Source: Promethearchaeota archaeon (GTDB lineage: Archaea; Asgardarchaeota; Lokiarchaeia; Sigyniarchaeales; SOKP01). From it: DNA of 64,000 nt. Shown piece by piece: positions 1 through 10,055 of the stretch. Position 1 is the stretch's first letter. Each line of letters begins with the position of its first letter. A program made the position numbers and the translations under genes. The notes below the pieces were generated by a model. The model did not search any database and was not told the origin of the DNA. It worked only from the letters and a program-made list of their open reading frames with translations. The stretch lies in contig JAEOTR010000046.1 of the NCBI GenBank assembly GCA_016839705.1, positions 32,001 through 96,000 of the forward strand. Reading direction: 5' to 3'.

Positions 1-173
1 AAAAAACGGCAAGTAGTAGAATCATGAGTTATAATAATTCTGATATGTGTATCCCCTGTTATAAGGCACAGAGAAAATTATAAAAAGGGTTATGAAAATT
101 AAAATTATAAACTCTGAGTACTATGTTTATTTCTTTTACCTAAATGTAATTTGAAGACAAAATTAAAATGTAG

Positions 174-950
174 ATGACAGAAATAATAGTCAGAAAAAAT
201 AGGAAGGTATTACCTGGCGCAGGTCCATTTTACTTCGAAGGGAATAAAATAGGGATATTAATGATTCATGGTGGAGGCGGTGGTACATGTGCTGATCTTA
301 AACCCTTAGCTGAAGAGTTACATACCAAATTTGGGTATACAATATACGTGCCATTGCTCCCAGGGTATGGAACTACACCGCAAGATCTAAAAAATGTTAC
401 GATAAATGAATGGAAAAAAACACTCGATAGGGAAATAAGTCGTATAAATCAAAAGTGTGAGAAAATTATTGTGGGAGGGCATTCTATGGGAGGTGTTCTC
501 ACCCTTATTTTTGCAAGTAGTTACTCTTTTGATGGCATTTTTACCATTTCAGCACCTTTCGGGATTAAAAGAATTGCAGCTAAATTCGCTCCTTTTTTTA
601 AAATTTTTGTAAAGTTTTATCCATTAAAATGGAATGTGTTAGAAAAAGAAACTAATGGTAAATGGGTGGGATACAAGAAAATACCGCTTAATTTAGTGAC
701 AAAGATTAATAAATTGTTAAAAGAAATGAAGCAAACTTTACCAAAAATAGATTGTCCCGCGATATTATTTCAAGGAGGATTAGATTTAGATATAAAATCA
801 AAAAGTTTGAATGAAATTTTTAATAGGATTGGCTCAAAAAATAAAAGAAAGGTTTGGTTGGAGAATAGCGGTCATTCAATATTGGATAATCCAGATCATA
901 CCCGAATCTTTTCAGAACTAGTTAAATTTATTAGTGAAATTTGTAATTGA
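174..950 (+). CDS. Alpha/beta-hydrolase, carboxylesterase (Est30/YvaK-like)
   Basis: Nucleophile elbow GHSMGG, oxyanion HGGGG, LPGYG, C-terminal D and SGH catalytic His. Confidence 0.85.
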   Translation: MTEIIVRKNRKVLPGAGPFYFEGNKIGILMIHGGGGGTCADLKPLAEELHTKFGYTIYVPLLPGYGTTPQDLKNVTINEWKKTLDREISRINQKCEKIIVGGHSMGGVLTLIFASSYSFDGIFTISAPFGIKRIAAKFAPFFKIFVKFYPLKWNVLEKETNGKWVGYKKIPLNLVTKINKLLKEMKQTLPKIDCPAILFQGGLDLDIKSKSLNEIFNRIGSKNKRKVWLENSGHSILDNPDHTRIFSELVKFISEICN

Positions 951-991
951 ACAATGTTTTTAAATTATTTTTTACATTAGATGAATAACTC

Positions 992-2224
992 ATGATTAAG
1001 AATATCGAGAAAGGAAATACTTTAATAGTAAGAGGCCCCGCGAGAATAACGTTATTAGAAGGAGAATTAGAAGTTTTTGGGAAGAGAATTCTTTCTGAGA
1101 AAGGATCCTCAACACGAGATAAAGAAGATTTTGAAGCCCAAAATATGTTAATAATACCAAGTGCTCAGAGCTATCCTCTCTATTCCCAAGAGAATTCAAA
1201 AATAGATATCTACACAAACAAGGAGGAAAATCTAAATTTAATTAATGAAAACTCGATCGCTAATAAATGGATTGAAATTAAAGAGGAAGTGTTAAAGGAT
1301 CTAAAAAAAGAAAAAGAGTCTCCAATTAAAATAATGGTATTAGGTATGAGTAGCGGGAAAACTACGCTCATCAAATATTTAGCTAATAACTTTATCAAAG
1401 AAGGATTAAAAGGAGGATATCTTGATTCTGATCTTGGGCAGCAGATAATATATGTTCCTACAACAATCAACTTAGGCATTATTAAAGATTATATTGTTTC
1501 GAGTGAAGATATCAATTCTGATATGACTGAATTTATTGGGGCAACATTTCCTAAAGGAGATTATAAATATATTGTATCTATCTCCTCTAGGAAAATGATC
1601 GATGAGTTTATAGCGGAAAATAATGATGTTGATTTTATCTTAATAGATACTGATGGATGGATAAAAACTGAAGCAGGGATTATTTACAAGAATTTTTTTA
1701 TTAAAACTGTGGATCCTGATGTTTTAATTGTATTTCATGATGAATCCATCGAAGAACTAAGTGAAATAGAGAAAATAGCTACAAGTCAAAACACAAATAG
1801 AAAAATTTTCTTGATAAAAGGAGAAAACGAATATTTCTATGAAAAAGATAAGGAGGAAAGAAGATTTTTAAGGCAGAGTCAGTTTTCCAAGAAATTTGAG
1901 GAGTTTCGGAAAATGACAATACCTCTAAATGACATGAAATTTATAAAAATAGAATATGATAAGGAAAACGATGAAATATTTGAAAAGGAAATAGATATTA
2001 ATGAACTAGTAAACCTTCCCTATCATTATGTTATAATTGGCCTATTAACAGAAAATTCTGAATTAGTAGAAATTGGATTGCTTTTCACCATAAACATTGA
2101 GAAGAATTATATATTACTTTATTCAGATTTGAAATATAAACAACAGATACAAGTAAAAAAAATTTTACTTGGGAGCCTCAGATTATCTACAAAAGGTAAT
2201 CACCAAGGTTACTTATATTTATGA
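992..2224 (+). CDS. Clp1/Grc3/Nol9-family polynucleotide 5'-hydroxyl kinase
   Basis: N-terminal 'GPARITLLEGELEVFG' typical of archaeal Clp1, P-loop GMSSGKTT, DSDLGQ, IDTDGW, RRFLR lid. Confidence 0.8.
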   Translation: MIKNIEKGNTLIVRGPARITLLEGELEVFGKRILSEKGSSTRDKEDFEAQNMLIIPSAQSYPLYSQENSKIDIYTNKEENLNLINENSIANKWIEIKEEVLKDLKKEKESPIKIMVLGMSSGKTTLIKYLANNFIKEGLKGGYLDSDLGQQIIYVPTTINLGIIKDYIVSSEDINSDMTEFIGATFPKGDYKYIVSISSRKMIDEFIAENNDVDFILIDTDGWIKTEAGIIYKNFFIKTVDPDVLIVFHDESIEELSEIEKIATSQNTNRKIFLIKGENEYFYEKDKEERRFLRQSQFSKKFEEFRKMTIPLNDMKFIKIEYDKENDEIFEKEIDINELVNLPYHYVIIGLLTENSELVEIGLLFTINIEKNYILLYSDLKYKQQIQVKKILLGSLRLSTKGNHQGYLYL

Positions 2225-2366
2225 TAGATTTTATGAAAAAGAATAACCAAAATTAAATTTTTCTTGTTCTTTTTTATTAACCTTTGTAGAAAGAGAGTTT
2301 AGTAAGGTAAAAAATTAAAAAAGAAGGTTATGATAGAATTATTAACTTGTAACTTTTCATGTCTGA

Positions 2367-3815
2367 ATGATTCTTATGCAAGAGGATCTGCTCACCAAAT
2401 TTCTTGAATTAATGTCTTCCCATATTACAGATACTGACCTTGAGTTAATCAAATTGGGTAACTCACTAGGTTTAGATTTAGTTTCTTTTGAAGAACTACG
2501 AGCTTCTCAACAAGATACTTTCATAGACAACATTAGAAATAAAGCGTTAGAAAAAATGGGTAAGAATCAAGATAATTTTCTTACAAAAAATAATTTTTTT
2601 TACTCCGGAAGTATTGATTTCATGGTGTCTGACGAACCTGAAGGTAAAAAATTCTTTCTTTTAGAAACTAATGGAGGATCCCATAGAGGTCTTTCAATTA
2701 TAACTAAAAAACAGCAATCGTTACTATATAATGGGTATCTTGAAGCGATCTACCAAGCTATAAATAAAAATGAAAGAAGAGACAATAAGGTTTTAATCTT
2801 AATTGGTGTACCTGTAAATGACTCATTAATTCACGAAAAAGTAATCATGATAGAATATTTTAGAAAAACTCTAAAATCAAAAGGATATAAGGTCAAAATA
2901 TTTAATAAAGATAACTTTGATGTTAATTTTAGAGCTGAAATCCTATTTTTAATAGCCGATTACTTGCAGTTATCTACTTCCCTCTCTTATTTTGAAAATT
3001 GGGTTAAATATAGAGGTGAAAATGTAAGTCTTTTAATTGGAGATGGAATTGCACGACGTATCAATAATGAAGCATTTATAAAACAGGTAAAGAAAGATAT
3101 TCTTAAAATTAAAACATTAATTGTAAATCCTATTTTCAGAGTAACTGACGATAAATCATTAACATATCTTGGGAGTTTTCTAAGTAAAGATATATTAAAA
3201 AAATACAATCTTAGATATCTATTATTTACAAAAGCTTTTGATGAAAAAGATTTGATCGAGAAGCTGAAGCATCTCATAAAAAGATATAAGAAGTCTTTTA
3301 TTATTAAACCTAGTGGAGGATCAGGTGGAGCTGGAGTGATTCCTGTTTCTAAAGATGAAAAACCAGCTAATTTTAGGAAGATTGTTGAAGAAAGTAAGAA
3401 AGAATTCTTCGATAAATTTATGAAAGATCGAAATCCATTTCCTTATACTATACAGGAGAAAGCAGATTTTTCTTTAATTACGTGGAGAGGAGGAACTCAT
3501 ACATTTGATTTGAGAATCTACTTAGCTCAAAATAAAGGGAGGGTTATCCCCATAGGGGGACTTGCACGAATTGCTCGTGGTAATTTTACTCTTGGTTTAG
3601 ATAAGCAAGAGTTTGTTGTTAATTTATCAGGATACGATGGTCAAATTGAAGTAGAACGCGGTATAGGTTTTTCAAAAAGCACTTGTAAACTCTTAAACTT
3701 AAGTGAAGAAGATTTTATTAATATGTTTAGCATAGGATGTGTGCTATTTGCTAACATTGTTAAATATCATAAAAAAATCATAAATTTTTCTGAATGGGAT
3801 AAAGTTATTGAGTAA
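2367..3815 (+). CDS. Circularly permuted ATP-grasp amide ligase with TTL/YheCD-like motifs
   Basis: The normally C-terminal DFMV...LLETNGG motif lies near residues 84-104; IIKPSGGSGGAGV, TIQEK, FDLRIY, GLARIA and VVNLS lie in the C-terminal third. Confidence 0.75.
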   Translation: MILMQEDLLTKFLELMSSHITDTDLELIKLGNSLGLDLVSFEELRASQQDTFIDNIRNKALEKMGKNQDNFLTKNNFFYSGSIDFMVSDEPEGKKFFLLETNGGSHRGLSIITKKQQSLLYNGYLEAIYQAINKNERRDNKVLILIGVPVNDSLIHEKVIMIEYFRKTLKSKGYKVKIFNKDNFDVNFRAEILFLIADYLQLSTSLSYFENWVKYRGENVSLLIGDGIARRINNEAFIKQVKKDILKIKTLIVNPIFRVTDDKSLTYLGSFLSKDILKKYNLRYLLFTKAFDEKDLIEKLKHLIKRYKKSFIIKPSGGSGGAGVIPVSKDEKPANFRKIVEESKKEFFDKFMKDRNPFPYTIQEKADFSLITWRGGTHTFDLRIYLAQNKGRVIPIGGLARIARGNFTLGLDKQEFVVNLSGYDGQIEVERGIGFSKSTCKLLNLSEEDFINMFSIGCVLFANIVKYHKKIINFSEWDKVIE

Positions 3816-3818
3816 GTC

Positions 3819-4985
3819 ATGATAGACAAAGACGGATTAAAAGAAATATTGAGTTTAAGGAATAGAAATGTTCTATTTGAAAAATTATTGAAGAAATTGA
3901 AGAAGTTTGCAGAATCAGAACATATAAGCTATGATGGATTCAAAACTCCTGAGGGGACAATACCTATAGTGATAATTGCAAAATCACTGATCCCTAAAGA
4001 TATTAAATATGTTAAATTTTTTATTGGAGCCCAACATAATGAATATAATGGCTTATTTGGAATTATTGAATTTCTTAATTTAATTGATAATTCAATTTTT
4101 TCTATTAATGAAGTGCTAAAAAATCAGCAGATTTTGATCTTAGCTCCTCTAATGAACCCATATGGATTTTTGAATCCAAGAAAGGACAACAAGTCAGGAT
4201 ATTATATTAGAAATGGGACAAATTTGAATCGCTATTGGAGGAGAACTTTCGCACCGGAGTACAAGAATGGTGATGATGATTTAAGTAATCGGCCAATTCC
4301 TGAACATACTAAAGTAATTAAAAATTTACTAGATCAATTTTGGAGAAGAGAGGAAATACAAATTTATATAATGGACTTTCATGAAACTTCACTTCTTCAG
4401 AGATTTTCGGAGGAATTGAATAGAAACTTAAAAAAAGCGTCAAATACTTATAAATTTGATCATTGGCTTAAGGAAGGAATAGTATATAACGTTATTAAAT
4501 TATATAATATAAAATTCACTAGAAAATCCCTATTTTATAAATGTACTCCTAAAGCCGATCATACTCATATAAATTTGACGATAAAACAACTTGATATGGT
4601 CTGTGAAAAACTCCAAGAGTACATTTCGAACAATTATGGAAAATTACCCTTCTATTTTTGTTATAGTAATAAAAGTAAGGAATTTTGTGAACGATTAGCC
4701 CAAAATGTTTATAAAAATTTGAAAGAAATATTATGGGAAACCTACTTTCCAGCATTTAATCATAATTTTAATGATCATGGTTGTTTTGTTAACATGAATG
4801 ATGTTATCAAAAGAAAAGGTGTATATTCGATTGAGTTAGAGGCTCCAAAGCAATTTTTTAACATTTTTGATGAAATTAAAAAATCTAAAACCGATTTCAG
4901 ATATTTTGATAAAAAAATTAGGGATGTGAATATGAATATTAAATTAGTAGTTGAATCCATAAAGGAAATGTCAACTCTCTACTAA
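3819..4985 (+). CDS. M14-family zinc carboxypeptidase / deacylase
   Basis: GAQHNE, PLMNPYG, NLNRYW, DFHE and YSIELE motifs; starts 3 nt after the ATP-grasp stop. Confidence 0.75.
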   Translation: MIDKDGLKEILSLRNRNVLFEKLLKKLKKFAESEHISYDGFKTPEGTIPIVIIAKSLIPKDIKYVKFFIGAQHNEYNGLFGIIEFLNLIDNSIFSINEVLKNQQILILAPLMNPYGFLNPRKDNKSGYYIRNGTNLNRYWRRTFAPEYKNGDDDLSNRPIPEHTKVIKNLLDQFWRREEIQIYIMDFHETSLLQRFSEELNRNLKKASNTYKFDHWLKEGIVYNVIKLYNIKFTRKSLFYKCTPKADHTHINLTIKQLDMVCEKLQEYISNNYGKLPFYFCYSNKSKEFCERLAQNVYKNLKEILWETYFPAFNHNFNDHGCFVNMNDVIKRKGVYSIELEAPKQFFNIFDEIKKSKTDFRYFDKKIRDVNMNIKLVVESIKEMSTLY

Positions 4986-5006
4986 TTTAATTGAATTTTT
5001 GAAATA

Positions 5007-5195
5007 TTAGATTAGGGGAACCAAGAATTTTGTTTCAGACTTTCCAAATTCATTTAGACAATCTATATGATAATAATAAATATTAGAATTCTCAAATATG
5101 AATTTGCCAGAACTCATGTTTCCTAAAGTAATTTGAAAAACATATTTTAGATTCTGATGGCCAATATTATTTCTACAAATTTCACATTTTAACAT
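5007..5195 (-). CDS. Small putative zinc-finger protein
   Basis: CEIC near the N-terminus and HIDC near the C-terminus (C3H-type ligand set). Confidence 0.55.
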   Translation of the reverse strand: MLKCEICRNNIGHQNLKYVFQITLGNMSSGKFIFENSNIYYYHIDCLNEFGKSETKFLVPLI

Positions 5196-5286
5196 TATAT
5201 TAAGCCAATTAAAGACGATTTTTATTTCAAAGGATATTTAGAAAAGGAATATTTAAACTCACCAAAATATGTTTTAAAATTCTTGT

Positions 5287-6288
5287 CTACTCAGAATTTA
5301 AGAATTTAAGTGTTGCTCCAACCAAAGCACCTTCGTTTTTCTTCTGAGAATGACCTCCTTTTTTTAAAATTAATAAATTTTTCAAAGGTGATTCTAATAC
5401 TATCGAATTTTCTTTGAAATTGCTAAACCGGATTACTCTGTCGTTTTTACTGTGGATTAACATCACTCTTTTTGATAATTTCTCCCATTCCTCAGGAGAA
5501 AAATTGCTTTTTGTGTTATTAATAATTAGATAAGGAGAAAGTCTTTTGTTTTCTTCTTCAGTTGGGAGTAAATTTACACCTTTCATTAAATAACTTAGCC
5601 TCAATATTGGATTGAATTTTGGTAGGTTATTTTTATAGTAAGACATTGAAGAGATCGCTATAATCTTCCTTATTTCCATATTTTGAAACCCTGCACATAA
5701 AATAGTTAATGCTCCTATACTAAATCCTATACAATTGATTTTCAATGTTGAATAATCTCTATTAGATTGTACCCATTGTATTACGTCATTAAAGTCTTCA
5801 AGTCTTTTGAGAAAATTCCCCCTTTTCCCGGTCTTTTTAGATTTACCTGTTCCTCTGGCGTCATATACTAAAATAACATATCCTTGTAGTGCTAGAGGAT
5901 AATAGTAATATTGAAGGGATTCTTTTGTATCTGAAAAACCATGACAAATGAGGATTAGAGAATTTTTAGATTTAATTTTTGCCTGATTCTTGTGGTTAAT
6001 CAAGGTTCCTGAGAGGAATCCCTTAGAAACACTTATTTTTACTTCCTTTTCTTCTAAATCCTTTAGAGTTAAATCTAACCAGCGATCATACCAAAGGTCT
6101 CTAATTGACCAATAAATTTCAAAGGGGGTATATACGATCAAAAATGTTGTTACTGATAGTATAAAACATCGATTAAAAGCAACGGAGTAGCAAGGATTTC
6201 CTAACCAAATATTCACTCGCCAAATAAACCAACTAAAAAGAAAATCAATAAATATTAGAATAAGACGTTTAATATTATTTGATATCAC
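5287..6288 (-). CDS. Membrane-anchored alpha/beta-hydrolase
   Basis: Two N-terminal hydrophobic segments, HGF, YDARGTG, GFSIG, HSKND, GGH. Confidence 0.8.
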   Translation of the reverse strand: MISNNIKRLILIFIDFLFSWFIWRVNIWLGNPCYSVAFNRCFILSVTTFLIVYTPFEIYWSIRDLWYDRWLDLTLKDLEEKEVKISVSKGFLSGTLINHKNQAKIKSKNSLILICHGFSDTKESLQYYYYPLALQGYVILVYDARGTGKSKKTGKRGNFLKRLEDFNDVIQWVQSNRDYSTLKINCIGFSIGALTILCAGFQNMEIRKIIAISSMSYYKNNLPKFNPILRLSYLMKGVNLLPTEEENKRLSPYLIINNTKSNFSPEEWEKLSKRVMLIHSKNDRVIRFSNFKENSIVLESPLKNLLILKKGGHSQKKNEGALVGATLKFLNSE

Positions 6289-6413
6289 GTTTTTTCACAA
6301 TACTTTTCCATTCACTTATTAGAAATAAAAGATAAAAAGAATAGCTAAACCAATTCCTTTACATTTTAAATTTAAGACTTAGAAATTAAAAAACTAATCG
6401 AATGGTCTATTAT

Positions 6414-6743
6414 TTATAGCTTTGCCTTATCCGGGGGGCATCCAAAATCATGTCTAACTTTACAATCTCGTTTAGTAGAACTCCCTTCACATGGAGCGCA
6501 TTTAGCTTTTCTCATAATAGCTTCAATTTCATTTATTTCATAACCAAATGATTCCTCCTCTGTTTCATCTACTAACATCTCATCTTCAATCTTGTCGAGA
6601 TCATATTCAACGTCATCATCTAGATTATCTTTCCAATCTTCTAAATCTAAAATTTCATCCCCATCCTCATCTACTTTCCCTTTTGGAATTTCGAGATCAT
6701 CTTCTTCAACTGGAGGACTCTTTTTTTTTGCCATGTTTTTCAC
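6414..6743 (-). CDS. Small, highly acidic protein with C-terminal Cys cluster
   Basis: D/E-rich central region, then CAPC...C...H..C; likely start at the second Met (MAKKKSPP). Confidence 0.6.
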   Translation of the reverse strand: MKNMAKKKSPPVEEDDLEIPKGKVDEDGDEILDLEDWKDNLDDDVEYDLDKIEDEMLVDETEEESFGYEINEIEAIMRKAKCAPCEGSSTKRDCKVRHDFGCPPDKAKL

Positions 6744-6877
6744 CTATATTAACTTTCTTTTTTACTATTGAAATTTTTTATATATAATCTTTGTTAAAAT
6801 TTAATTTTACTATTTTTTAAGAATATAAATTCGAAAATGTTTAAATTATGTTTAATGAGGGGGATTGATTATCAATC

Positions 6878-8980
6878 TCAATCGTTTCGGTGAAACTTAA
6901 ACTTCATTATTTCATCCATTTGATCCAGTAACACTTCATTTTCGTGTATCTTGTTTAAAAATATCTTAATTTCATTAAGATTTCGCTCTAACTCTTCAGA
7001 AGAGTACATAGTATATTTTTCAATCTGAAATCGGTGTAGAAGATACTTTACTTGAATTTTATTAACTCCATTTTCTGAATATAAAAATTCTCTTACCTTA
7101 TCGAAATTTTTGTTAGACCTCAAGTATAACTTATCTAAATATAATAGATTAACTAAAGAATCGCTAATTTTATTAGAAGTCTGTATTAGATTCACAATTT
7201 CGTCTTGAAACCGTTCTTTTAATGACTGCAACTCTTCTGTTTTAAATATATGCCTAGTATGAAAGTCGTATTGTAACTGGGAAAGGAATTGTAATATTTT
7301 ACCAAAGGAGGATAACACAAAAGGAAATTTTTGTGGTATGGGTAATCTTTTTATAAAACTTCCGTTAAATCTCAAGTAACCCCCTCCCATATGAAGAGAA
7401 CTAAACAAAGTTTTAAATATGGTATCCATTAATGCAGAGTTCATAATAACTAAGAGGCTAAATAATTGATCCTTGTTAAAAGAGGAAATTTTTACAAAAT
7501 ATAATCCAGTCACATTTGTGTATATTCCCGGGTCAAATGTCCAAGTCAATTCTTTAGCTACTTCCCTGAAGATTAACTTTTGACCCGTGAACTCTTTCCA
7601 TATATCTGCAAAATTACTTTGATATTTGAAATAAGAAATAGGAATTGTTCTTTTCGCTATTTTAATTAATTTATCAAACTTGATATGATATTTTCCCACG
7701 TTTCCTGTTCCTATCAATAATAGATCTTTTATTGATGTTGGATTATTACTTATATTATTAAGGTGCTTAGACCAGTTTATAAAGCCATACGGCCTATAGA
7801 TTATCTTTAAATCACGGATTGATTCCGAAAATGGTTTATAATTATTATATAAATATTTTACCAAATCAATTTGACCAGAAATAGGAATTACAAATGCCGG
7901 AACTTTTTCTATTAAGTTTTGAGGTAATAATTGTGGTTTGATTTTGCTGTCTTCGTTCAGTTCATTCAATTTTTTGTATTTCTTTATTAGCACCATATTA
8001 TTAGCATTCGTCAATGATTTTTTAAGAGTTAAAATTATGGGATATGCCGCAGTTCGACCAAAAATAGGAATTGAGGAAATATTGATAATTTCTTTTAACT
8101 CGGTATTGTTAATGAGTAATTTTCGGATTTGAATTCCGTAATCAGCAGCTAAAAATTTATTCGTAGTTATCATAGATAAAAACCCATTGTGTTCTTTTAA
8201 TACTTCTAAGGCTTTTTCGATAAAAACTATAGAGAGATCAAATAACCGATAGGCTGATTTAAACCTCTTTTTTAATTTCTTTTTATATTCACTTGATTTA
8301 ATTTTCTTATTTTCAACATAAGGAGGATTACCTAAGATAATATCATACTTTTCGGAATTAAATTCTAAGAGAAAGTCTAAATTAAATAAATTGAATTTGA
8401 TATCGAATGAGTTAATTATTCTGTTAATTTCCTCAAGATGTAAACTATTAACGGTTAGATTAGGAAGTACAAGATTCGGTATATTTTCAGAATAAAGCCA
8501 ATAACTTAATCTTAACTTTGTAATAATATAGGCAGATTTCTCAATTTCGATTCCATAAAGATTATTCTGGATAATATTTTTTTTTATTTCATATTCATCT
8601 AATCCCGAGTTGAGAATTCTGAAGAAGTTATAAAGTATTTTTGCAGTTGAAATTAGAAATCTTCCAGATCCGCATGCAGGATCCAATATTTTAATAGTTT
8701 GGAGTTTTTTAATTAAGCTATTTCTTAATTTATTGTTTTTAGATAAAATGCATTGTAATTCTTTGAAATATGAATCCAAGTTTGAAAATTTTGATAAGGT
8801 AAAAAATTCTTCAAGATACATTTTGATGACTTTTAAAACAATATAATTCACAAGAGGTTTTGGGGTATAAATAGCTCCTAAACTCCTATCTTTAGTCTTT
8901 TGGTCATCTTTTGCCTTATCAAAATCAATAATAACCTTATCAAGATAACTTAAAAAATCTGGAGCGGATATCTTATTCAT
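6878..8980 (-). CDS. N6-adenine DNA methyltransferase (gamma class, TaqI/Eco57I-like)
   Basis: GAIYTP, ILDPACGSGRF, LYGIEI, GNPPY, C-terminal TRD-like region ending IKRLPIP. Confidence 0.9.
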   Translation of the reverse strand: MNKISAPDFLSYLDKVIIDFDKAKDDQKTKDRSLGAIYTPKPLVNYIVLKVIKMYLEEFFTLSKFSNLDSYFKELQCILSKNNKLRNSLIKKLQTIKILDPACGSGRFLISTAKILYNFFRILNSGLDEYEIKKNIIQNNLYGIEIEKSAYIITKLRLSYWLYSENIPNLVLPNLTVNSLHLEEINRIINSFDIKFNLFNLDFLLEFNSEKYDIILGNPPYVENKKIKSSEYKKKLKKRFKSAYRLFDLSIVFIEKALEVLKEHNGFLSMITTNKFLAADYGIQIRKLLINNTELKEIINISSIPIFGRTAAYPIILTLKKSLTNANNMVLIKKYKKLNELNEDSKIKPQLLPQNLIEKVPAFVIPISGQIDLVKYLYNNYKPFSESIRDLKIIYRPYGFINWSKHLNNISNNPTSIKDLLLIGTGNVGKYHIKFDKLIKIAKRTIPISYFKYQSNFADIWKEFTGQKLIFREVAKELTWTFDPGIYTNVTGLYFVKISSFNKDQLFSLLVIMNSALMDTIFKTLFSSLHMGGGYLRFNGSFIKRLPIPQKFPFVLSSFGKILQFLSQLQYDFHTRHIFKTEELQSLKERFQDEIVNLIQTSNKISDSLVNLLYLDKLYLRSNKNFDKVREFLYSENGVNKIQVKYLLHRFQIEKYTMYSSEELERNLNEIKIFLNKIHENEVLLDQMDEIMKFKFHRND

Positions 8981-9135
8981 GGGATATTAAATAAATGATT
9001 ACATATTGTAGAATTTTTAATTACTCTTGTTTAAAACTTGCATTTCCTTATTAATAAAAATTATAGAAATAATAATAAAAGTAAGGAGTTAATTTTTAGA
9101 ATTAATTTAAGATTTCGCTATTATTTAAGTAGAAT

Positions 9136-10041
9136 TTGATTGGAAAAGCCTTTTTGAAGGAATTAATTGATTATCCCCATAGGTTGTCTGATTTGGGATT
9201 TGAAGAGGTTAGTAAAATTCTTAAAAGTGCCAAAAAAGACTTTGAAAATGAGTATTTGTTATTGGAATTCAATTTACGAAATCCAGAGAAAGAAATTTAT
9301 GTAATTGGAGATATCCATGGAAATTTAGAAACTTTATTAGAGTTATATGATATAATTAAAGCACAAAATCCAGAATTTGTAATTTTTTTAGGAGATATTG
9401 TTGATCGAGGTTCTAAGCAATTGGAGTGTTTATTGTTTATATTAACCCTAAAAGTCTTAAATCCCCAAAGATATTATTTATTAAGGGGAAATCATGAAAC
9501 TTTAGAAATAAATCAAAATTATGGGTTCTATCAAGAATTTTTAAATAGATTTAAAGATCCTCGTAAATTTATTGAAATATCAGCTGTTTACAACTCACTT
9601 CCAATTTGTGCAGTTATTAACAGCAAAATATTATGTCTTCATGGTGGCATTCCTCAAGATATACACATACTTCAAAAAATAAAGGATATTAGAACTACTG
9701 ATTTAAGTGATATATTTGAATCAATTGCACAAAGCTTTTTTCAGATAATGTGGAATGACCCTAAGATGAAAGTGAAAGGATTTACTGATAGTTTTAGAGG
9801 TCCGGGAATTAAATTTTTTGGTGAGGATGTTTTTGATAGCTTTCTAAAAGAAAACAATTTAGAATTGCTTATCAGAGCACATGAATGTTTCCCAGAAGGA
9901 TTTAGGTGGTTCTTTCAGAAAAGGTTGTTATCAATATTTTCTTCAACAAATTACCGAGGATCATTTTCACCAAATCCTGCATCCTATGCAGTAATTAGGA
10001 AAAATGTAATTATCCCAAAAATTGTGAATATGAAAGAGTGA
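9136..10041 (+). CDS. PPP-family Ser/Thr protein phosphatase (PP1/PP2A-like)
   Basis: GDIHG, GDIVDRG, RGNHE, HGGI, WNDP, RGPG, IRAHE, IFSSTNY. Confidence 0.92.
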   Translation: MIGKAFLKELIDYPHRLSDLGFEEVSKILKSAKKDFENEYLLLEFNLRNPEKEIYVIGDIHGNLETLLELYDIIKAQNPEFVIFLGDIVDRGSKQLECLLFILTLKVLNPQRYYLLRGNHETLEINQNYGFYQEFLNRFKDPRKFIEISAVYNSLPICAVINSKILCLHGGIPQDIHILQKIKDIRTTDLSDIFESIAQSFFQIMWNDPKMKVKGFTDSFRGPGIKFFGEDVFDSFLKENNLELLIRAHECFPEGFRWFFQKRLLSIFSSTNYRGSFSPNPASYAVIRKNVIIPKIVNMKE

Positions 10042-10055
10042 TATTAACAATAATT

